NCBI GenBank assembly: GCA_050173015.1
Contig: JBFXLE010000024.1
Coordinates: forward strand, 1 to 64,000
Source of the DNA: Calditrichaceae bacterium
Lineage (GTDB): Bacteria > Calditrichota > Calditrichia > Calditrichales > JBFXGD01
Reading direction: 5' to 3'
DNA length: 64,000 nt
The translations under genes were made by a program, and so were the position numbers. The notes beneath the pieces are model-generated. The model saw nothing but the letters and a program-made list of their open reading frames with translations, did not search any database and was not told the DNA's origin. Positions 10,336 to 17,774 of this stretch are shown here, piece after piece. Every line of letters starts with the position of its first letter. Position 1 is the stretch's first letter.

Positions 10336-11775
10336 TTATTTCTTGTTTTTATGTTTTAATCCAAATTCAAAACCGGCGTCTACCGCTTTTTTATTCATAT
10401 CAATCAATTTCTTGCGTTTGATCGCTGTCTTCAGAGTTTCGTAGAGAGTTTCTTTTGTAAACAATCCGGTATAAGCGACATAAGCCGCCATGGTGATCAT
10501 ATTAGCCATACGAGTGTTTCCCAGTTCGTCGGCCATCTGTGTCACAGGAATCGGCATTACCTCCACATCTTTACGTTTCACGTCAATATCGATGAGAGAA
10601 CTGTCATAAATGATCAGCCCGCCTTCGGTAACATCCGATTCAAACTTCTCAAGCGATGGCCTGTTCAGCGCAATCAAAACACTTGGATCGCTTACCATCG
10701 GCGAACCCACTTCAATGTCCCTTATATTGACATGACAGTTCGCTGTTCCGCCGCGCATTTCCGGTCCGTATGAAGGAAGCCAGGAGACATGATAATCGGC
10801 CAGCATACCCGCCTGAGCGATTGCCGCGCCCAGCAGCAGAACGCCCTGCCCACCAAAACCGGCAACCTTAATAGCCGGATTTTGATATTTCTGCGGAATT
10901 TCAGGTTTCCCGAAATTTTTATCCGTGTCCGGCATGATATCAATCAGCTGTTTGATTTCATCGGCTGATGGATTGAACGGTTCATAATTATAAGGTTCGA
11001 CTTCTTTTGTAAGATCGCGGTAAACCCCTAACGGGAACTGCGGGAGCATTACGTCTTTAATCCATTTCATTGAATCCACCGGATCCATTTTCCACCCGGA
11101 TGGACATGGTGACAATATTTCTATCAGTGAAAAACCGAGATTGTTAATCTGATTTTTAAGAGCTTTCCGCACTGCCAGTCTGGCCTGAGCCCGGTGCTTA
11201 TTATCGAAAAGAGCCACTCGTTCCACATACACCGGAGCCTGCAACTGACTAATTAATTCCGCAACCTTTATGGGATAGCCTTCATTATGAGGATTACGAC
11301 CGCGTGGCGTGGTAGTCGTACGCTGCTCAACAAGTGTAGTTGGAGCCATCTGCCCGCCGGTCATACCGTAAATAGCGTTATTGACAAAAAAGACGGTGAT
11401 ATTTTCACCGCGGTTTGCCGCGTGAAGAATTTCAGCTGTACCAATGGCGGCAAGATCGCCGTCTCCCTGATAACTGATCACAATACTCTCAGGATGAGCG
11501 CGTTTTATTCCGGTCGCCACTGCGGGGGCGCGGCCGTGCGCAGCCTGGATGTTACCTGTGTTAAAATAATAATAAGCAAACACACTGCATCCTACGGGAC
11601 TTATAAATATTGTCTTGTCCGCCACCTCGAAATCATCCAAAGCCTCAGCAATAAATTTGTGGACATTACCATGACCGCATCCCGGACAGTAATGAGGCAT
11701 TTTTTTGTCCGAACTTGGATTTCTATCATATTGTTCATAAAAACTTGTCGGTTTTTGCAATACTTTCGATGCCAT
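10336..11775 (-). CDS. 2-oxoacid:ferredoxin oxidoreductase, fused beta (TPP-binding) and gamma subunits (Vor-like)
   Basis: HYCPGCGH, QGDGDLAAIG..NNAIYGMTGGQ (beta), then AGFGGQG, PSYGPEMRGGTANC (gamma). Confidence 0.92.
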   Translation of the reverse strand: MASKVLQKPTSFYEQYDRNPSSDKKMPHYCPGCGHGNVHKFIAEALDDFEVADKTIFISPVGCSVFAYYYFNTGNIQAAHGRAPAVATGIKRAHPESIVISYQGDGDLAAIGTAEILHAANRGENITVFFVNNAIYGMTGGQMAPTTLVEQRTTTTPRGRNPHNEGYPIKVAELISQLQAPVYVERVALFDNKHRAQARLAVRKALKNQINNLGFSLIEILSPCPSGWKMDPVDSMKWIKDVMLPQFPLGVYRDLTKEVEPYNYEPFNPSADEIKQLIDIMPDTDKNFGKPEIPQKYQNPAIKVAGFGGQGVLLLGAAIAQAGMLADYHVSWLPSYGPEMRGGTANCHVNIRDIEVGSPMVSDPSVLIALNRPSLEKFESDVTEGGLIIYDSSLIDIDVKRKDVEVMPIPVTQMADELGNTRMANMITMAAYVAYTGLFTKETLYETLKTAIKRKKLIDMNKKAVDAGFEFGLKHKNKK

Positions 11776-11799
11776 ATTTATCTACCTCTTATATTTTCA

Positions 11800-12846
11800 T
11801 TACTTCAGGAGTAATTTGGTACGTTCCAGTAATTCTTCAGTTGATGGGACAACCCCGCCCATCCGGTTGTAAAACTCAACCGGACAGTTTCCGCTCACCG
11901 CCAACCGGACATCATCCACCATCTGACCGTTACTTAATTCCACAACAAGAAATTTCTTGACCTTACGGGAAAGTTCATTTATCCGTTCTGATGGGTACGG
12001 AAATAATGTAATCGGCCTTAGAAGACCTATTTTCACTCCATCCTTCCTAAGCTTCTCGACAACTGTCTTGAGAATTCTGGAAACTATTCCATATCCCATG
12101 ACTACATATTCGGCATCTTCAAGCATGAACTCTTCTTTTCTTAGTTCATTTTCCTCGATTTTAAGATATTTTTTCTGCAAACGCCGGTTATGTTCTTCCA
12201 GTTCTTCCGGATCAAGATATATACTCGAAATCAGATTCTTTTTGCTTTCCTTATCGGCGTAAAGCGCCCAGTCATGACGCGGTAACTTTGTGACCGGTTC
12301 TCCGAATTCAACCGGTTCCATCATTTGCCCGGTATAACCATCTGCGAGAACATAGACAGGTGTACGGTATTTTTCGGCCAGATCAAATGCCAGCTGAGTC
12401 AGATCAGACATTTCCTGCGCGCTGTTTGGCGCCAAAACCGGACATTTATAATTTCCATGCCCGCCGCCCTTGACCACCTGATTGTAATCTGATTGTTCAG
12501 GAGCAATATTGCCCAGTCCCGGTCCGCCGCGCATCACATCAACGATGACGCAGGGTAATTCCGCGCCCGCTGCATATGAGACGCCTTCCTGTTTCAGGCT
12601 GATTCCCGGACTTGAGGAGGCGGTCATCGATCGCACGCCCCCGCTGGCCGCTCCGTAAACCATATTGATCGCCGCCACTTCACTCTCGGCCTGTAAAAAC
12701 GTTCCGCCGACAGCAGGTAGATATTTCGCCGCCGTTTCGGCTATTTCGCTTGCCGGGGTAATCGGATAGCCAAAATATACACGGCATCCGGCGAGAACAG
12801 CCCCGCGAACCACGGCGTCATTTCCTTTGAGCAGTATTTTCGACAT
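11800..12846 (-). CDS. vorB: 2-oxoisovalerate:ferredoxin oxidoreductase alpha-type subunit
   Basis: [42 protein letters not shown]. Confidence 0.88.
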   Translation of the reverse strand: MSKILLKGNDAVVRGAVLAGCRVYFGYPITPASEIAETAAKYLPAVGGTFLQAESEVAAINMVYGAASGGVRSMTASSSPGISLKQEGVSYAAGAELPCVIVDVMRGGPGLGNIAPEQSDYNQVVKGGGHGNYKCPVLAPNSAQEMSDLTQLAFDLAEKYRTPVYVLADGYTGQMMEPVEFGEPVTKLPRHDWALYADKESKKNLISSIYLDPEELEEHNRRLQKKYLKIEENELRKEEFMLEDAEYVVMGYGIVSRILKTVVEKLRKDGVKIGLLRPITLFPYPSERINELSRKVKKFLVVELSNGQMVDDVRLAVSGNCPVEFYNRMGGVVPSTEELLERTKLLLK

Positions 12847-13103
12847 TAGGCCACCTCCTCAGCAAGCATTTCGTATCCCTTTTTATAAACAATGATCGCT
12901 TCAGGTTCGGGGCAGGCATAAAAACAAACCCCGCATCCGGTGCAGTTATCGCCTAAATAATAAGCAAAATGATACCCTTTGCTGTTAAATTTTGAATTGA
13001 ACTCCAAAACATCAGGCGGACAGGCATCTATACAGAGACCACAACCCTTACATAACTCAGGTTCAACTTTTACAAATGGTTTGTCCAAGATTTTCCCTTT
13101 CAT
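12846..13103 (-). CDS. 2x[4Fe-4S] delta subunit of 2-oxoacid oxidoreductase
   Basis: [12 protein letters not shown] and [13 protein letters not shown]; start 13103 or 13109. Confidence 0.9.
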   Translation of the reverse strand: MKGKILDKPFVKVEPELCKGCGLCIDACPPDVLEFNSKFNSKGYHFAYYLGDNCTGCGVCFYACPEPEAIIVYKKGYEMLAEEVA

Positions 13104-13177
13104 AACCATCCCTTCTTTATCTGATGTATAAATATAAATTTTTCATAGATCCAAAAACTATCCTGGCAGTTATAAAC

Positions 13178-13193
13178 TTCAATTATCATGCCA
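13178..13193 (-). promoter_or_regulatory. Possible sigma54 promoter for the oxidoreductase operon
   Basis: Minus strand TGGCATGATAATTGAA (GG-N10-GA); IHF-consensus AATCAATAATTTA at 13242-13254. Confidence 0.4.
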
Positions 13194-13393
13194 CTTAATT
13201 GCCATTCTCACGCCATGTCTAATACCGCTTAATCAAATAATAATCAATAATTTAACAAACACAACACTTAAACCGGCATTACCAATTTTTCTAAAATCTG
13301 AAAACAAACTGATCATTTTTATCATTTGTGGGAAGCAATAGCAATATCAACCAAAACCGGAAAATATTATATATCTAAAGTATTGCATTTTAA

Positions 13394-13948
13394 TTAATTT
13401 CTGATACTTTCCCACTTCACGTCATCAATACCATGGTGCTTGTTTTCAAATCTTGCTATTATGAACAGCAAATCGCTCAGCCGGTTCAGATATATCAGCA
13501 TATGCTGCCGTAAATCCGTTTCCTTCCGCAGTTTTACAAAAACCCGTTCCGCTCTTCTGCACACTGTCCGGGCTAAATGAGCAATCGCAGCGGTTTCATC
13601 ACCTCCCGGAAGCACAAAATTTTTCAGCGGTTCAAGATCAGCTTCATACAGATCGATGGCATCTTCCAGAGCCTTTATATGTTCCGGGCCAATTTGTCTG
13701 CTGAATTTTTTTCGCGCTTTTTCATCAGGAGTGGCAATCTCTGCTGACAAAACGAATAATTCATTTTGAATTCGCAATAAAAGTTCATCAATGCCGGAAT
13801 GGCTGTTTTTCGATCTCAGCAAGCCGAGGATACTGTTTAACTCATCCAGCGTGCCGTAAAGCTCCACACGCGGATGATCTTTTTGCACCACGTCCCCGCC
13901 GAATAGAGCGGTATTCCCCTCATCTCCAAATCCTGTATATATTTTCAT
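13394..13948 (-). CDS. Cob(I)alamin adenosyltransferase, PduO type
   Basis: MKIYTGFGDEG, GTLDELNS, HLARTVCRRAER, YLNRLSDLLF; start could be 13978. Confidence 0.92.
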   Translation of the reverse strand: MKIYTGFGDEGNTALFGGDVVQKDHPRVELYGTLDELNSILGLLRSKNSHSGIDELLLRIQNELFVLSAEIATPDEKARKKFSRQIGPEHIKALEDAIDLYEADLEPLKNFVLPGGDETAAIAHLARTVCRRAERVFVKLRKETDLRQHMLIYLNRLSDLLFIIARFENKHHGIDDVKWESIRN

Positions 13949-14074
13949 CGCTTTGCCGCTGACTCGCTTTTTAAACATTCAGTTACTAATATAATAAAAA
14001 TGATACATTTATGATACGTTTAACGCTTCTTTTTTTGTTGCTATGTTTAACGACCGCGATATTATCCCAAATTA

Positions 14075-15445
14075 TTAGGCGGAATAAATGATACCGTATT
14101 TATTTATTAAACGGTGCATGGTTCGCCGGTCTATTCCGCAGGCGTCCGCGGCCCGGGTTATATTTCCATTGTATTTTTTTAAATAATTTGTGATATATTT
14201 TTGTTCAAATGTTTCAAGAACCTGTTCCTTTGCTTCCCGGTACGGCATATGCAAAATCTTGTCTAAAATCGCTTCCGCGTTTTTATAGAGAGCGGGTGGA
14301 AGATCTTCCAAACGAATATCGCTTCCCTGGCAAAGATAAAATGCCCTGGTCACGATATTTTGTAGTTCACGCACGTTCCCGGGCCAATGATAATTTATCA
14401 AAGACTCCATTGCGTCTTCAGCGATTCTGATAATATTTTTATCTTCTTTTCTTCTCAATTCATCAAGAAAATGCTCCGCGAGACACTGAATGTCTTCCGG
14501 TCGCTCTCTCAGAGGCGGCACTTCTATATTGATCGTGTTTAACCGGTATAAAAGATCCTTCCTGAGCCCCTTCTCACTCACCATCACTTCCAGATTTTTA
14601 TTGGTAGCGCTGATCACTCTCACATCAACCGGAATTTCCTCCTTGCCGCCCACACGGCGAATTTTCCGTTCTTCGAGCATTCTGAGCAATTTAACCTGAA
14701 GATTAAGCCCCAGATCTCCTATTTCATCCAGAAAAAATGATCCCTTATCCGAAAATTCTACAAGCCCCGGTTTTGTCCTGTTGGCGCCGGTAAACGCCCC
14801 TCTTTCATATCCAAAGAGCTCACTTTCGAATAAATTCTCCGGCAGCGCCGCGCAATTAACAGGTATAAACGGAAATTCCGCGCGTTTACTCAGACGATGA
14901 ATACTCCTTGCGATCAGCTCTTTTCCGGTTCCGCTCTCACCGGTGATCAAAACATTCGCCTGCCCCGATGCCACCTTTCTCACCATCTCAAGAATATCCT
15001 TCATCTTCTCACTCACAAAAATGATATCCGGAAATTCTTTTTGAAGTTGATCTATTTCCAGGGAATCAGAGTTTGATCCGTTTCTGCCGGTAAAGGCCCT
15101 GGACAGCGAATTCATCAGTTTTTTTGAAGTAAACGGCTTTTCGATAAAATCGAATGCCCCCAGACGCATAGCCTCTACACTCGATTCTATAGTGCCATAT
15201 CCGGAAATGACAATAACAAAGATATCAGGGTAATCGGACTTAACTTTTTTTAAAATTTCCAGGCCGGAAATGGATGGCATTTTCAAATCGCAAATCACCC
15301 CGTCATAATTTCCTATGGCCAGAGCATCCAAAGCTTTTCGGCCATCCTGAAAAAGCTCAAGTTCATACTGATTGTTCCTGGATAGTAATTTTCTCAGGCT
15401 GATCAGCATTTCTTCTTCGTCATCAATAATCATTATTCGAATCAT
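14075..15445 (-). CDS. NtrC-family sigma54-dependent response regulator (REC-AAA+-HTH)
   Basis: IIDDE..CDLKMP receiver, GESGTGKE, GAFTGA, WPGNVREL, Fis-type HTH. Confidence 0.95.
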   Translation of the reverse strand: MIRIMIIDDEEEMLISLRKLLSRNNQYELELFQDGRKALDALAIGNYDGVICDLKMPSISGLEILKKVKSDYPDIFVIVISGYGTIESSVEAMRLGAFDFIEKPFTSKKLMNSLSRAFTGRNGSNSDSLEIDQLQKEFPDIIFVSEKMKDILEMVRKVASGQANVLITGESGTGKELIARSIHRLSKRAEFPFIPVNCAALPENLFESELFGYERGAFTGANRTKPGLVEFSDKGSFFLDEIGDLGLNLQVKLLRMLEERKIRRVGGKEEIPVDVRVISATNKNLEVMVSEKGLRKDLLYRLNTINIEVPPLRERPEDIQCLAEHFLDELRRKEDKNIIRIAEDAMESLINYHWPGNVRELQNIVTRAFYLCQGSDIRLEDLPPALYKNAEAILDKILHMPYREAKEQVLETFEQKYITNYLKKYNGNITRAADACGIDRRTMHRLINKYGIIYSA

Positions 15446-15446
15446 G

Positions 15447-16922
15447 CTAGCCTACCGGAAATGTTATCTTAAATGAAGTTCCGTTATTTAATTCACTGGA
15501 AACTTCTATTCTGCCATTGTGATTTTTTATGATATTATTAACAATGTATAATCCAAGACCCGTGCCCTTTCCGGGCGGCTTGGATGAGTAAAACGGTTCA
15601 AATATCTGATGCAGATTTTTGGGCCCGATTCCGCTGCCGTAATCCTTAATTTCAATCTCAATAACAGTTCCGGTCTCCAGCTCTTTATTTCTAAAAATAA
15701 CATCAATTGAGGATCCCTTCTCGGACGCGTCAATCGCGTTGTTAATGAGATTGGTGAAAGCCTGCTCCATTTGTATTGCTTCACCCCATTTATTCCAGTC
15801 TCCACTGTTATGACTGACATTTACCTTAATATCATATTTGTCAAGACGCGGTTGCAGTACTTTCAGGCTTTCAAGCAAGGTTTTCTTGAGATCAATCGAC
15901 TGAAAATTAGTGGGTAATTTCCGACTGTATTTTAGGATACTGGATGTTATTTTTGAAACTTTTTCGATCTGATTGACGATGGTGTCCAAATCTTCTTCAT
16001 ATTCCTTATAATTATCCAAATCATGAAAAACGCTTCTGAGATAATCAGCCCTTGTAAGTATTATTCCTGATGGATTATTTATTTCATGAGCGAGTTCAGC
16101 GGTTAATTCCCCCAGTGTTACAAGACGATCCGCCCTTTGCAACTGTTCCAGATGATAATCATCGAGTTGCTTACGGGATTGATTAAGTTTATTCACCATG
16201 TCATTGAATTGGTCCTGAAGTGTCCTGATCTCAGTAGACCTGTTTACGTCTAACCGGACGGTTAAATTGCCTTTTTCAACCTCATCCATGGCTCCGGCCA
16301 AATTCTTAATAGGCCTGTTGATGTAGCGGTTGAACATGAGATACAAAACACTCCCCAGAATTAGAATCAGTAAGACACCGCTGACCAGAGTCAATCTCAA
16401 TGTATCCCTGAATCTGTATTCCGCCTGCGTGAGATTAAGATCCACATCAACGAAACCGTTAATTTTTTGACCGGCATCATGACAGGTATGGCATTCATTT
16501 CTGTTGATTATCGGAAACATGGCAGAATAAACCGATCCATTATGATAAAATTGGGTGAGTGATGTGTCCTGATCTATTTTAAGATTTTCGTGATAAAGAA
16601 CCTCTTTTATATTTTTATTGATGACTGATTTATGATTGGAATGGGTCACAATACCCTTAGAATTTATGATACTGACCCTGTACACACTATTCAGCTGAGC
16701 AATTTTATCCACAAAAAAGGTCAGTTTTTCGGGCCTCCCGTCCATCATGGCATGTGAAACATCGCAGCGGATGATATCGACAGTCATATTGACCATGTAT
16801 TTGTAAGTTTCCTGGAAGTTATCTCTTATTTTCGAAATTAATAGATAAGTCGGTATTCCGACAGTTACGAGAATTAGAAGTGTAGTGAAGGTGATAAACA
16901 ATGTTTTCAGCGATTTAAACAT
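15447..16922 (-). CDS. Sensor histidine kinase with periplasmic c-type heme motif, HAMP, HisKA and HATPase domains
   Basis: Two TM helices flanking 'PIINRNECHTCH'; LAHEINNP, NLINNAIDA, DYGSGI, GKGTGLGL. Confidence 0.93.
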   Translation of the reverse strand: MFKSLKTLFITFTTLLILVTVGIPTYLLISKIRDNFQETYKYMVNMTVDIIRCDVSHAMMDGRPEKLTFFVDKIAQLNSVYRVSIINSKGIVTHSNHKSVINKNIKEVLYHENLKIDQDTSLTQFYHNGSVYSAMFPIINRNECHTCHDAGQKINGFVDVDLNLTQAEYRFRDTLRLTLVSGVLLILILGSVLYLMFNRYINRPIKNLAGAMDEVEKGNLTVRLDVNRSTEIRTLQDQFNDMVNKLNQSRKQLDDYHLEQLQRADRLVTLGELTAELAHEINNPSGIILTRADYLRSVFHDLDNYKEYEEDLDTIVNQIEKVSKITSSILKYSRKLPTNFQSIDLKKTLLESLKVLQPRLDKYDIKVNVSHNSGDWNKWGEAIQMEQAFTNLINNAIDASEKGSSIDVIFRNKELETGTVIEIEIKDYGSGIGPKNLHQIFEPFYSSKPPGKGTGLGLYIVNNIIKNHNGRIEVSSELNNGTSFKITFPVG

Positions 16923-16947
16923 AAAAATTCCTTCTTACCGATAGATA

Positions 16948-16976
16948 AGTTTATCAAAAAATAAGAATCATGTCAA
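16948..16976 (-). promoter_or_regulatory. Sigma70-type promoter for the kinase/regulator operon
   Basis: Minus strand TTGACA-N17-TAAACT. Confidence 0.7.
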
Positions 16977-17073
16977 ACAGTCCGATTTATTTCAGCTATT
17001 GATATTTCTTCCAAATATATCAAATTTTGTTCCCTTAAATCATACCCCATTTAATGAAAAACGGTGATTTTCA

Positions 17074-17089
17074 GGGGCAATTCTGTCCC
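17074..17089. promoter_or_regulatory. Putative enhancer (UAS) site 1a
   Basis: GGGGCA-ATTC-TGTCCC, matches the GGGACA-N4-TGTCCC motif found four times in this locus. Confidence 0.65.
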
Positions 17090-17160
17090 TATGTCGCGTA
17101 TTGGTTACAGTTCATTATCTCATTAAAAAACAATATCTTATCCAAATTAATGAGAATTTA

Positions 17161-17180
17161 TTGGGACAATATTGTCCCAA
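17161..17180. promoter_or_regulatory. Putative enhancer (UAS) site 1b, perfect 20-bp palindrome
   Basis: TTGGGACAATATTGTCCCAA. Confidence 0.75.
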
Positions 17181-17213
17181 TGACGTAAAAATACGTGTTT
17201 TATCAATCACAGC

Positions 17214-17226
17214 TAAGTATTTGATA
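17214..17226 (-). promoter_or_regulatory. IHF-consensus site between enhancer and sigma54 promoter
   Basis: Minus strand TATCAAATACTTA = WATCAA-N4-TTR. Confidence 0.5.
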
Positions 17227-17243
17227 ATATGTTATTTACCACT

Positions 17244-17269
17244 TTGTGATATTTGGCACAATATATGTA
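17244..17269 (+). promoter_or_regulatory. Sigma54 promoter (non-canonical -12) overlapped by a Rex/CRP-like palindrome
   Basis: TGGCACAATATATGTA (GG 17255-56, GT at -12); TTGTGAT-ATTT-GGCACAA at 17244-17261. Confidence 0.65.
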
Positions 17270-17305
17270 TATAATAATTATGCCTGATAGACTAAAAAGG
17301 ATAGC

Positions 17306-17695
17306 ATGAAAAGACTTCTGGTTTTGTCCTCCGAGTCCGGACTCGTCGAGGATTTTCAGAGTACGCTGAATGGCGTTTCCAAAATAGAAGTAAAATGTTA
17401 TCAGAGCTGTTGTGAGCTGATGGAGGGTTTTCTGACGCTGCACACAGATATGGTATTATTGGATATTGATCTTTTAAAAGAACGGGTGACACATCTCATC
17501 AATGTGCTCAAGCTGATAAAAAGCTCTGTCGTTCTTATCCTGATCCTGTCTGAAGAACACATCTCGATTTGTAAACAAGCATTACCTCTGGGAATCCATT
17601 CATATCTCATAAAACCGGTCTCAGGTAAAGAATTATCCAGAATTGTTAATCCGATCCTGCAACATGGTAATGTAAAAATTGAAAAAGATATATGA
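17306..17695 (+). CDS. Atypical single-domain receiver (REC) protein, cassette 1
   Basis: RBS AAGGA; MVLLDIDLL (phospho-Asp), LILILS, YLIKPVS; paralog of 20253-20609. Confidence 0.8.
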   Translation: MKRLLVLSSESGLVEDFQSTLNGVSKIEVKCYQSCCELMEGFLTLHTDMVLLDIDLLKERVTHLINVLKLIKSSVVLILILSEEHISICKQALPLGIHSYLIKPVSGKELSRIVNPILQHGNVKIEKDI

Positions 17696-17774
17696 TGAAT
17701 AGCTTATTCTTGATAGCTATTCTCTGATCATATAATTAATGGTTTTACCATAATCAAATTACGGAGGGGTTAGT

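Noticed and set aside
11287-11814. 175-aa antisense ORF (and similar ones at 5553, 6849, 27230, 61922)
   Set aside because: Antisense or shadow frames of well-conserved genes; no motifs or RBS
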